This document shows, piece after piece, positions 40,244-49,427 of a stretch of 64,000 bases of DNA. Location of the stretch: contig CBDCYI010000004.1 in the NCBI GenBank assembly GCA_965224085.1, positions 1,120,001-1,184,000 on the forward strand, in the 5' to 3' direction. Below the pieces are notes generated by a model. That model made no database searches. It was not told the origin of the DNA and saw nothing but the letters and a program-made list of their open reading frames with translations. A program made the translations under genes and the position numbers. This DNA is from Candidatus Marinacidobacterales bacterium (GTDB lineage: Bacteria; Acidobacteriota; Vicinamibacteria; Marinacidobacterales; SMYC01). Each line of letters begins with the position of its first letter. The first letter of the stretch is position 1.

Positions 40244-41461
40244 TTAGTTTGGTGGCAAGCTGGTAACCGTTTTCTTATGCGACACCGATTTTTTTGCGAC
40301 GAGACTGTGGAGATTTGACCAATGCGACGTCGATCGTCCGATATAGCTTACGTCCCGACCCAACTCTTCCGACAGTTTACGTGTCAGTTTAATAAGGTCC
40401 GAACACGTGGAGGACCACAAGCTCTTGACGGAATCGAAACCATCTACCCAGTAGTACTCATCGGTACGCGTGTTGTACTCAACCTGAGTGCGAAACGCTG
40501 CGAGAATCGGAAACAGCGCGCTTCGCATAATGGAGTTTTCTCCCTCCGCGCCTGCGAAGTAAAAGCGCTGGTTACCAGCCTTTGCCTGCTCAATAAAAAC
40601 CAACTTTCCCCCCCGAGCCCCTCGGTTGTTCGCGTTGTAAATCTCCCGCGCCGTCATTGAAACGTGATCGTGAAACCACAGAATTTGCGGAATTAATTGT
40701 CGCATCGATTCCCATTGCTGGGGTTTCAGCGTGTACGACTTGAGCACTTTCTTCTTGCCGCTATAAGCGCGCTTGGGATGGTCAAACCCTTCGTTTGGAA
40801 ACGCCCGCGCGTTAAAGAGGTCGAGAATTGCGAGTATATCGACGACCGTGTAGGCTTTCTTTTCGTTCTCGCGGTAGGCGATGTCGTCCCGATATGTCTG
40901 CGTCGCTAGAAGCTCTTTCAGCCAGTCGAACTTCCCTTCCATATTCTTGAGCGAGTAGTCCTGGACCTGAATACTCGTATTCAGTCCCTTCGACACTTCG
41001 GGCCAAAGACTAGGGCGGAGGCCGGTGAGGACGTCAAACTTAACGTATTGCTTTGGCCGTCTCTTATTGCTTTTTCCATCCACCAAATCCAAAAGCTCTT
41101 GTTGCGCTTGTAGTAAGAGTTGATAAGTGTGACCTCCATCGACGATTCCCTCTCCCGGCTCGAACACGATGTCGGCTTTGCCGTCCGAGATTCGCACCTC
41201 GGACGCAACTATCGTGATGCCTTTGTTCTTGAGATGAAAAGTGTTGGGAGTCCCGACACCCTCCTCGTTCAGGAGGTGTTTCCGAATCTCCCGCCAAACC
41301 AGTTTATTCAGGTCCTGCGCGCGGGGGTTCGGGTCGAGTGGAATACCGGTCGGAAGTCCGAGCACAGGTGTGTAGAAGATGTACCTCCGTTGTGCTCCGG
41401 TAGTAACCGGGTCTGAGAAAGTATGCGGCCCCACTACTGGAAGGGATATTGTTAGTGACAT
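40244..41461 (-). CDS. AIPR family protein (abortive infection phage resistance, ParB/DGQHR-like fold)
   Basis: NPR, FHLKNKGITI, GIVDGGHT, LNTSIQV motifs; lower GC than the flanks. Confidence 0.85.
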   Translation of the reverse strand: MSLTISLPVVGPHTFSDPVTTGAQRRYIFYTPVLGLPTGIPLDPNPRAQDLNKLVWREIRKHLLNEEGVGTPNTFHLKNKGITIVASEVRISDGKADIVFEPGEGIVDGGHTYQLLLQAQQELLDLVDGKSNKRRPKQYVKFDVLTGLRPSLWPEVSKGLNTSIQVQDYSLKNMEGKFDWLKELLATQTYRDDIAYRENEKKAYTVVDILAILDLFNARAFPNEGFDHPKRAYSGKKKVLKSYTLKPQQWESMRQLIPQILWFHDHVSMTAREIYNANNRGARGGKLVFIEQAKAGNQRFYFAGAEGENSIMRSALFPILAAFRTQVEYNTRTDEYYWVDGFDSVKSLWSSTCSDLIKLTRKLSEELGRDVSYIGRSTSHWSNLHSLVAKKSVSHKKTVTSLPPN

Positions 41462-41850
41462 CTTTGACCTCTATTTGCGCGCGATCGCGCTTATCTAAAA
41501 AATACTCTAAGCGGACTCGTGTGTCAAACCTAAGTTCGTTTCTCGCCCTATTTGCGACTTCTTCTAATCGAGAATGGCAAAAGTTCAGAGCACAAATAGA
41601 AGAAAATAACATGACTGTCGTAACGACAATAACAGGAGTGAATCATCGAGGCCGGAGAAGAGGAACCCTCGAAGATGTGGGATTGCCTGGAGAGATTGGG
41701 GCAGGAGCTATTGGTGCTCCGGCTTCAGCACGAAGCGGAGCACTGGCGAGAACGCGATTGCATTTTTCCGTGACGAAGCGTCATCGCAGCACTCCAGCCA
41801 CACACTCGCGCCCCCCGGACTCGTCGTAAAGCCGCTCGTTCCCAGCAGCG

Positions 41851-41892
41851 GGATATTTCTTTCGCACATTCACTACATTTCACCAACGCCAT
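41851..41892 (-). pseudogene. N-terminal stub of a zinc-ribbon protein
   Basis: MALVKCSECAKEIS, after which the expected second CxxC is missing; RBS GGAGG upstream. Confidence 0.5.
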
Positions 41893-41911
41893 GCCAGCCT
41901 CCCAGGAGTAA

Positions 41912-41932
41912 TACTTATAGTCTCTGGTAAGT
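41912..41932 (+). promoter_or_regulatory. C-box-like operator
   Basis: TACTTATAGTC with inverted repeat ACTTA-N10-TAAGT, about 30 bp upstream of a C-protein-like ORF. Confidence 0.55.
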
Positions 41933-41960
41933 CTGTGTCAACCGCGCCCACGATTCGCGG

Positions 41961-42113
41961 GTGGACGACCTACGGGCGGCTTTCGGACGGAACGTCCGCG
42001 AGCTGCGAAAGACGCGTGGTTTCTCTCAGGAGGAGCTGGCGCACCGCGCTGACATTCACTGGACATACCTCGGTGGGATTGAGCGCGGAGAACGCCGTCC
42101 ACGAGCCAGTTAG
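41961..42113 (+). pseudogene. XRE-family HTH protein resembling R-M controller (C) proteins, C-terminally truncated
   Basis: Manual translation (50 aa): MDDLRAAFGRNVRELRKTRGFSQEELAHRADIHWTYLGGIERGERRPRAS*; the last helices are missing. Confidence 0.75.
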
Positions 42114-42257
42114 CAACATTGCTCCGAGACGAGCACACCAAGCCTTCGTGGGTGAAGGATGGCGACAAGAGGGGCACCGAACATATCGGTCCCGAGGATA
42201 CGTTCGATGGAGATTATGGCCGCGCTCTCAAGAAAACGCAGGACCGCGTTAAAAGGA

Positions 42258-42333
42258 TGGCATCCCCGACGGGAGTCGAACCCGTGTTGCCGCCGTGAAA
42301 GGGCGGAGTCCTAGGCCACTAGACGACGGGGAC
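42258..42333 (-). tRNA. tRNA-Glu(TTC)
   Basis: GTCCCCGTCGTCTAGTGGCCTAGGACTCCGCCCTTTCACGGCGGCAACACGGGTTCGACTCCCGTCGGGGATGCCA: 76 nt, full cloverleaf, encoded CCA. Confidence 0.97.
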
Positions 42334-42377
42334 GCATTCTCGGCGTCACAAAATCCGAGTCACTCTTGATTCCAAAA

Positions 42378-42427
42378 TGGTAGGCCGTGATGGTCTCGAA
42401 CCATCGACATCCTGCTTAAAAGGCAGG
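42378..42427 (-). pseudogene. 3' fragment of tRNA-Lys(TTT) (att-site remnant)
   Basis: CCTGC-CTTTTAA-GCAGG anticodon arm, GATGG-TTCGAGA-CCATC T-arm and ACGGCCTACCA are present; D-arm and 5' acceptor strand are replaced by unrelated sequence. Confidence 0.85.
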
Positions 42428-42552
42428 ATCCACGACCTTTTCTGCTGTCTTGTCTGTCTGGTACTTGTCAAGGCTACTCAATGAATTCAATGAGTTAGCC
42501 AGATTGCCTGTCTTGTGCTGTCCATTGCTGTCGCCTCTTGTCCTTGCAAATC

Positions 42553-42574
42553 TGCGTCCTATTTGCGTCCTATT
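42553..42574. repeat. Tandem 11-bp repeat, probable integrase arm-type sites
   Basis: TGCGTCCTATT x2 between the tRNA-Lys fragment and the integrase; imperfect palindrome GGCTACTCAATGAATTCAATGAGTTAGCC nearby. Confidence 0.55.
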
Positions 42575-42623
42575 CTGGTACCCTGCTTCCTAGCACGACA
42601 TAGGATTCCCAAAGAACGCAAAC

Positions 42624-43230
42624 ATGCAGCTGACCAAAGAGAAGGGCTAACTGAACAAGCTCACTGACCGTTCCATTCCTTCTCTGTCGATGCCTCCGAA
42701 ACCACAACAAGTTGAATTCTACGGCGACGATCCTAAGCTGCCGGGGTTCGGTGTTCGTGTAAGTTACGGCGGCACGCAAACGTTTATCTTACGTTACCGG
42801 ACCGAACACGGCAAGACGAAACGCCTCAAACTTGGGCGCTACGGACCACCAGGGAGCTTCGCGGACGCCAGAGCGGCAGCCTTTGCAAGCCATCGCGAAG
42901 ATCGACGCCGGGGAAGACCCGCAGGAGAAGAAACGGGGACCCGAGACGGTTGAGGGACTGTTCGACTACTTCTTCGAGCAGCGAAAGGACCTCGGAACGA
43001 AGACGGCGTATGAGTGGAAGCGGCTGACCAATAAGCACATTGTCCCGGCATTTGGTGACGCCAACCCTGACGAGGTTGATCCCGAAGATGTGCTGGATCT
43101 CTGCGAAGGGATCGAAGCTCGTATCGTCTCCAATCGAGTCTTCGAGCTTATCCGTACCGTTCACAACTTCGGGGCTGCACGTCGGAAGGTGACACGCTCG
43201 CCCATGTACGGACTCAGGAAGCTCCATGAG
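42624..43230 (+). pseudogene. Tyrosine integrase remnant (arm-binding and core-binding domains only)
   Basis: DPKLPGFGVRVSYGGTQTFILRYR...LKLGRY, frameshift, IDAGEDP...KHIVPAFG...NRVFELIRTVHNFG; no catalytic domain. Confidence 0.85.
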
Positions 43231-43301
43231 GAGCTATCTTGGCCCCATCGTGGCGCGGGTTTTACGCTGGGTGGCGTTGAGCTCGTTGTCGTCGCGGGGT
43301 A

Positions 43302-43409
43302 AAGAAGAAAGCGGCGGAGTTGCTGGGCTTGAAGCCCACGATGCTCAATGAGATGATTAGGCCCTATAACGTCAGCCTGGAGAGGAAGGAGCCCTCTTCC
43401 ACGCGCTGA
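43302..43409 (+). pseudogene. C-terminal Fis-type HTH remnant of a sigma54-dependent regulator
   Basis: KKKAAELLGLKPTMLNEMIR...; ends 6 bp before the GWxTD gene. Confidence 0.6.
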
Positions 43410-43415
43410 ACGAAC

Positions 43416-45503
43416 ATGAAGGGGTTACAGATGAGAGCAATCCTGGCGCTTTTGGGGATTATGGTCCTCGCGCCTCTCGCCTCCGCGGACGAGCGCGTCG
43501 ACAGGCTTTCCGAAGAGCACAAGGCCTGGCTCGAGCGTGAGGTCGTCTACATTATTACCGAGCGCGAGCGTGAGGTGTTTCTCACGCTCGAGTCCGTCGA
43601 GGAGCGGAACCGCCTCATCGAGGCATTCTGGAGAAAGCGCGACCCCAATCCCGCGACCCTCGACAACGAGTACAAGATCGAGCACTACCGACGCATCGAT
43701 TATGCGAATACCTTTCTCGGAAGGGAAACTTTTCGCGAAGGCTGGCGAACGGATCGGGGCCGGTACTACATCCTTCTCGGAGAGCCTCGTGAGATCCAGC
43801 GTTTCGACGGCTACGGAGAGATCGTCTCGTCCCACCTCTGGTTCTATCAGGGCGACCTCCGCATGGGCACGCCCGCGTTCTTCTACCTTCTTTTCTTCAA
43901 GAAAAACGACTTCGGCGAGTATCAGCTCTACAGCCCCGTGATCGACGGGCCCCAGGCCTTGCTAACGGGCAGCGGTTCCCTGGGGGGGAGCGACAACGCC
44001 GCTGCGCTGGAGGCTCTCCGCGAGGTATCCCCGGAGCTCGAGACCGCTTCGCTTTCGTTCGACACGAGCGAGCCGGCCGATTACTTTTCCGGCCGTCCCG
44101 CGCTCGGCACTGATATCATGATCGCGCGTATCGAAGAGTCACCGAAGCGCGCCATCCGAAGCGACTACGCGGAGGCTTGGCTTCGGTACGGCAACCGCGT
44201 ATCGGCGGAGTACTCCTTCAACTTCGTTCCCTCGCGTCACGTTTTTTCCGTCCTTACCGATCCGTCGGGTACGGCACTGGTGCACTTCAGCGTCGAGATC
44301 GACCCGCAGAATTTCGCGTTGGAGACCGACGAGGAGAAAACCCGGTTCTACACGACGCTGGATCTGACGACCGAGGCTCGTACCGCGGACGGTACGCTCG
44401 TCTTCGCCAGCGACAGGGAAGCCTTCATCGAGCTCACGCCGAGTGAGGTGGAGCAGATTCAAACCTCTCCCTTCGCCTACCAGAACGATTTTCCCCTGGT
44501 GCCTGGCGACTATAGCGTGACCGTGATCGTGAGGAACAGGGTGGTCAGTCAGTATACGGTCGCGGAGGCGGAGCTCCACATACCGCGGTTTACAGAGGTG
44601 GATCCGGTTCTCACCGATGTCATCCTCGCGTTCGATACCAGGCTCGTGGGTGGAGCTCCCGACGATGCTGAGGTTCGCACCTATCAAGTCGGGAGTTTGC
44701 GCTTGCAACCCGCCGCGGAGAATATATTCGTGATCGGCGACACCGTGCATCTCGTCACCCAGGCTTTCGGTGCGTCGCCGGAGCACAAGGTCGTGTTCGA
44801 GCTCCGGAACGGCGAAGAGGTTGTGCACGACATCGAAAGCAAGGTGGCCGACAACGGGATGGTGCTGGACTACCTCAAGCTCGAGGACATGGTCGGGGGC
44901 AATTTCGAGATTCGGGCGCGCCTTGTGTCTCCCTCGGGGGAGGCGCTCTCGGAGAAGACCGCCGCGATTACCGTCTCGCCGCGTTCCACCGCGTCCCGTC
45001 CGCGGTTCGTCTTTCGCCGCGGGGTCAACACGCGCGTGCCCGGCGTTCTGAGCGCGATGCGCGGCGAACAGTTGTGGAGGCTGCGAAAGTTCGAAGAAGC
45101 AAAGGCGGCTCTCGAGGAGTCCCTGTCCGCCAATCCCCGAATGGTCCCGGCACACGTCCAACTCGCGGACATTCATCTCCTGGAAGGGGAGCCGGACAAG
45201 GCACTGGCGCTTCTCAAGCCGCTCGAAGAGCCGTTGCCGAATCAATACGACGTCGTGGCGGGTCTGGGACGAGCCGTGCATCTCAAAGGCGATTACGCGA
45301 GAGCCGTCGGCTATCTCGAGCGGGCACGAGAGCTCAAGCCACCCGACACCGCGGTTCTCAACGCTCTCGGAGACAGCCACCAACGGCTCGGAAACTTCGA
45401 CGAGGCCCGCGAAGCGTTCCAGCGCTCGCTCGAGCTCTATGCCGACCAACCTGTCGTCCGAGAACGCCTGGCGGAGCTCGACGCCGAAGTCGGCAAGAAC
45501 TGA
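43416..45503 (+). CDS. GWxTD domain protein with C-terminal TPRs
   Basis: Signal peptide; WLEREVVYII, FWRKRDP, GWRTDRGRYYILLGEP; TPR helices. Confidence 0.92.
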   Translation: MKGLQMRAILALLGIMVLAPLASADERVDRLSEEHKAWLEREVVYIITEREREVFLTLESVEERNRLIEAFWRKRDPNPATLDNEYKIEHYRRIDYANTFLGRETFREGWRTDRGRYYILLGEPREIQRFDGYGEIVSSHLWFYQGDLRMGTPAFFYLLFFKKNDFGEYQLYSPVIDGPQALLTGSGSLGGSDNAAALEALREVSPELETASLSFDTSEPADYFSGRPALGTDIMIARIEESPKRAIRSDYAEAWLRYGNRVSAEYSFNFVPSRHVFSVLTDPSGTALVHFSVEIDPQNFALETDEEKTRFYTTLDLTTEARTADGTLVFASDREAFIELTPSEVEQIQTSPFAYQNDFPLVPGDYSVTVIVRNRVVSQYTVAEAELHIPRFTEVDPVLTDVILAFDTRLVGGAPDDAEVRTYQVGSLRLQPAAENIFVIGDTVHLVTQAFGASPEHKVVFELRNGEEVVHDIESKVADNGMVLDYLKLEDMVGGNFEIRARLVSPSGEALSEKTAAITVSPRSTASRPRFVFRRGVNTRVPGVLSAMRGEQLWRLRKFEEAKAALEESLSANPRMVPAHVQLADIHLLEGEPDKALALLKPLEEPLPNQYDVVAGLGRAVHLKGDYARAVGYLERARELKPPDTAVLNALGDSHQRLGNFDEAREAFQRSLELYADQPVVRERLAELDAEVGKN

Positions 45504-45605
45504 AACGCGCTCCCCAGGCGTCGTGGCGTTTACTAGCGCACAGAATATTCGCTTCGACGATGTCGACGGGTTCCTATCGGCCGCGTCGATATAGACTCTG
45601 ACTCA

Positions 45606-47438
45606 ATGACCCGTACCTATCTCGCGGACATCGCCGGGCGGGACAAAGAGTCCTTGCGTACTCACGGGACCTGGGTTCTCCTCATTGCGATAGCCACTCT
45701 TCCGTACCTCAATGCGCTCGGAAACGACCTCGTCTACGACGATCTAGCAGTAACCGTAGAGAACACGCTGGTCCGCTCGCTCGACCCTATCCCCATCTTT
45801 CTTGCTCCCTCTCTCCCGGAGCACGACATCGAATGGTATCGACCCTTGACCATCTACACCTTCGCGCTCAACCACGCCGCGCATGGTCTAGAGCCTGTCG
45901 GATACCACACCCTCAATCTTCTATTGCACCTGGCCAACGCCCTCCTCGTGTTCGCACTCGCGAGGCGATTGCTCGACAACTTTGCTGGTGGGCTCATCAC
46001 AGCTAGTCTGTTCGCCGTCCACCCCATTCACGTCGAGGCGGTCGTCCCGGCGTCCGGCCGCGGAGATCTGCTGGCCACGTTGTTTGTGCTATCCGCCTGG
46101 CTCTTGTCGATTCGCCTGGTCGAGAAGCTTTCTTTTTACCGCGCGATGGTCATTGGCTCACTGTTCTTCGCGGCTTTGCTCTCCAAAGAGAGTGCCATTG
46201 TTGCGTGGCCAGTTATTCTGTTGACCGACTTCGCGCAACTGCAAAACAAGGCGAGGGCTCTGAGCACTTTCGACTTGGTGGCCAAGCGAGCCTACCTGCA
46301 TCTGGCCCTGGCCGGGGTGGTGGTTGCGTATTTCGGCCTTCGCTACGTCGCCACGGGAGGTTTCCTGTTCGCGGGGGAAGTGGCCATCCGTCCTATCGAG
46401 AACCCCCTGTTCGGCGTAGATCTGCCGGCACGGCTGGCAACCTCTATCTGGGTGCTATTGAAATACCTTTCTCTACTCGTCGTCCCCCTCAGGCTCTCGG
46501 CAGATTACTCCTACAATCAAATCCCCATCGTAGGGAGCGCGGGCGATCCTCGACTGCTGCTGGCAACTGGGGTGTTGCTGTCGGTGGGAGCGGCAGCAGC
46601 GGTTCTGGGCAAACGTCACCCGCCTTTGGTGTATTTCTCTCTGCTATTTCTCGTTATGTGGCTGCCGATTTCAAACACCATCGTGGTCATCGGTACCATC
46701 ATGGCCGAGAGACTCATGTATCTGCCCTCCGCGGCTTTTTGTTTCATCGTGGGGGCCCTTGCTGCGAGTTTCTGGCCGTCTCGACCTCGTTTCCAGGTCC
46801 TGGCAGCGGCGGCGATCGCAACTTTGTTAGCGGCTTGCGTAGTGAGAACGATTTCGCGAAATCGTGACTGGCGCTCTCAAGAGACTCTGTTTGCAGCCAC
46901 CGTTCGCACCGCTCCCCGGAGCGCAAAAGCTCACTTCAATTACGGCACCGAGTTGCTCGAGCTCGGCCAACCATCGCGGGCGGCGGCGGAATTCGAGGCC
47001 GCTTTGAGCATTACGGACCGATATCCGGAAGCGCATAGCGCTCTCGGCACGGTCTTCATGGACGAAAACGACCTTCCCCGGGCCGAGGCCGAGTTCCGCG
47101 CAGCCCTTCGCGATGACCCGGAAATGGCCAGTGCGTGGGCGAATCTCGGAATGACGCTGTTCCGCACCGACCGCTATGGGGAAGCGAGGCACGCTTTTCG
47201 ACGAGCGGTGGAGCTCCGACCGCAGCTCGATCTGGCGTGGGCAACTCTAGGCGCTCTGGCAGAGCGAGAGGGCAAACTCCGGGAGGCCATCGACTACTAC
47301 TGGAAAGCGTATGATTTGAACCCGAACTTCGAAGGACTCGGGACACATCTGGCGTCCCTGCTTGCAGAATCCGGCAGAGACTCGGAGGCCCAGCGGCTCA
47401 GACGGGATCACGCTCGGAGAAAATCGGTACCGGAATAA
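45606..47438 (+). CDS. TMTC-like GT-C membrane glycosyltransferase with TPRs
   Basis: LVYDD loop, YRPL, HPIHVEAV, SKE, LSADYS, AERLMYLPS, RNRDW, C-terminal TPRs. Confidence 0.88.
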   Translation: MTRTYLADIAGRDKESLRTHGTWVLLIAIATLPYLNALGNDLVYDDLAVTVENTLVRSLDPIPIFLAPSLPEHDIEWYRPLTIYTFALNHAAHGLEPVGYHTLNLLLHLANALLVFALARRLLDNFAGGLITASLFAVHPIHVEAVVPASGRGDLLATLFVLSAWLLSIRLVEKLSFYRAMVIGSLFFAALLSKESAIVAWPVILLTDFAQLQNKARALSTFDLVAKRAYLHLALAGVVVAYFGLRYVATGGFLFAGEVAIRPIENPLFGVDLPARLATSIWVLLKYLSLLVVPLRLSADYSYNQIPIVGSAGDPRLLLATGVLLSVGAAAAVLGKRHPPLVYFSLLFLVMWLPISNTIVVIGTIMAERLMYLPSAAFCFIVGALAASFWPSRPRFQVLAAAAIATLLAACVVRTISRNRDWRSQETLFAATVRTAPRSAKAHFNYGTELLELGQPSRAAAEFEAALSITDRYPEAHSALGTVFMDENDLPRAEAEFRAALRDDPEMASAWANLGMTLFRTDRYGEARHAFRRAVELRPQLDLAWATLGALAEREGKLREAIDYYWKAYDLNPNFEGLGTHLASLLAESGRDSEAQRLRRDHARRKSVPE

Positions 47439-47475
47439 TCCTGTCGCTCAGGCTCGAGCATTACCGACGATTCAT

Positions 47476-49038
47476 TCAGTGACTGGTGGCGGGCCCGGCT
47501 TCCCGTACCATCGACGCCACGTTGTCCAGCAACGCCCGAGCATCGAAAACAATTCCGTCCTTGATCGTGTAATGGATCCCACCACCGCTTTCAAGCTCCC
47601 CGGTCTCCCCCAGCTTTGTGATGCCGGTTCCGTAAAGCACTTTGAGGTCATGCAGAGGGTTTCCGTCCACGACAACCAGGTCGGCGGGACTGCCAAACCG
47701 CACGCCCTTGGCCAGTTCGTCGAGACCCAGCACACCAGCCGCCCCGGTCGATGCCACTTCGATGATGTCGACCGGATCCAGACCCGCTTCCTGATAGAGC
47801 TCCATTTCGCGCACGTTGTTGAATCCGTATAGGCCGAAGCTCCCGCCTGCGTCCGGTGACAGGGCGAGCTGTCCCCCGCGCTCCCAGAACTCGCGCACGA
47901 ACCGCATCCAGATCTGAAAATTCTCTCGCCAGCTCGCTTCATCCCCCGAGGTCCATGCATAGTGGTAGGAGCCATGGTGCGCGAGATTCGGCTTCCAGTA
48001 CTCCAGCATGATCGGAAGGGCATACTTTTTGTAAAAGGGCAAGTTTCGTGCTCTCACCAGATCGCGATTCGGTTCGTAAGCGACAAAGGTCGGCACGAGC
48101 GTTGTGCCTTCCTCCAACAGCGTGTCCATCACCTGCTCGAGCAAGACGGGGTCCGCTTCTTGCCACAGCTTGCCCGCGTAACGGAAACGGGCAAGCTCGT
48201 CCAGGTAGTTGTAATCCCCTGGAAAGCTCTGTACGCCTGGGATCGCCGCATCTGGAATGCCGTACCAATGCTCGATGGTCGTAACCCCGGCGCGCGCCGC
48301 GATGGCGCCATCGACTTGGCCCACCGCAATGTGAATGGCGACTCCCATCTCCAGCTTGCGCGCTTCGTCGCAAAGCGTGGTCAGCACATCCGTGTAGGTG
48401 GGTCCAAACACTTTGATACCCTTCGCCCCGGCCTGATGGAGCTTTTGGACATTTGCCCGCACCTCCTCCGCGGTTAAGTTCTTCTCGTCAGCTCGACCCA
48501 AGCCTCGCCATCCCGCGTAGGGGATGATTCGGGGAGCGGTGATTTCGTTCGCATCGCTTCGGCGTGCCTCCTCCACCAGAACATCCAACCCGGCTCCCGA
48601 GCCGACATCGCGAAGCGTGGTGACCCCATGGGCCAGCCAGAGCTGATAGGCGAATGAACGTCCCCACTCACCCGCGGGCACGACCCGGCCCTCGGGAATG
48701 TGCGCGTGCATGTCGACCAAACCCGGGACGATGTACATCCCCTCTGCGTCAATCACGCGATCCCCGGTGGGTCGCGTGAATCCAGGGTCATAGCCTCCCA
48801 AAGACACTGCATCCACTGGGATGATGTTGACGACGGTGCCACCCTCGACGACGATGTCGACCGGACCCCGCATCGGGCTACCCAAACCGTCCACCAGCAT
48901 GCCTCCTCTGATGACCAGTCGCTCATACCGAACTCCCCTGGTTGTCTCCTGGGCAGCGGGCGCTGTCGCCACCACCAACCCGATGAACACCGATACGTGC
49001 AACCAGGTCAACCAGCCACCTTTCCGTGTACAACTCAT
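47476..49038 (-). CDS. Secreted amidohydrolase family protein
   Basis: Signal peptide; PGLVDMHAH, GVTTLRD, TIEHWY, ADLVVVDGNPL. Confidence 0.9.
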   Translation of the reverse strand: MSCTRKGGWLTWLHVSVFIGLVVATAPAAQETTRGVRYERLVIRGGMLVDGLGSPMRGPVDIVVEGGTVVNIIPVDAVSLGGYDPGFTRPTGDRVIDAEGMYIVPGLVDMHAHIPEGRVVPAGEWGRSFAYQLWLAHGVTTLRDVGSGAGLDVLVEEARRSDANEITAPRIIPYAGWRGLGRADEKNLTAEEVRANVQKLHQAGAKGIKVFGPTYTDVLTTLCDEARKLEMGVAIHIAVGQVDGAIAARAGVTTIEHWYGIPDAAIPGVQSFPGDYNYLDELARFRYAGKLWQEADPVLLEQVMDTLLEEGTTLVPTFVAYEPNRDLVRARNLPFYKKYALPIMLEYWKPNLAHHGSYHYAWTSGDEASWRENFQIWMRFVREFWERGGQLALSPDAGGSFGLYGFNNVREMELYQEAGLDPVDIIEVASTGAAGVLGLDELAKGVRFGSPADLVVVDGNPLHDLKVLYGTGITKLGETGELESGGGIHYTIKDGIVFDARALLDNVASMVREAGPATSH

Positions 49039-49427
49039 GTTTTAGCCCTCCAGCTAGAATTCTCATCCCCGCCGCATGTTCTGCAGGGAACAAGTCGGCT
49101 TTCTTTGAGCCGATTAGTGAATGGTTTTTCGCCACAAAGCGGCACGGCGGCTGCGTCGGAGCCCTTGTCAACGAACACCCTGCCGTCACGCATAGCCACC
49201 CCCGCGTTTCGACTCCGTTGAGCCAACTGGCACGACTCCAAGCGACATTTCATGACTACATAACACAATCGAAGGCGCGAGCGCGAAAACAACTTCGAGC
49301 TCACTGTGGTCGCCAACCTCATAGCCTCTGGAGATTGCTGAACTCCAACGTACTCTGTTAGAGTTCCATTTCGATAGGGATAGCGATCGCGGAACGTTAA
49401 ACGTCGAAGTGTGAGAGGCTTGTTTAC

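Larger units (their letters stand above)
37091..42273. mobile_element. Tandem genomic islets integrated at tRNA-Glu
   Basis: Three same-orientation copies of the tRNA-Glu 3' end (37091, 39433, 42258) enclosing gene fragments and lower-GC cargo. Confidence 0.7.

Noticed and set aside
42378-42453. Functional tRNA-Lys
   Set aside because: No D-arm or 5' acceptor strand; it is an att remnant
49040-49427. Possible ncRNA or further repeat copy in this intergenic region
   Set aside because: No match to the CTAG repeat family and no convincing stems identified by eye
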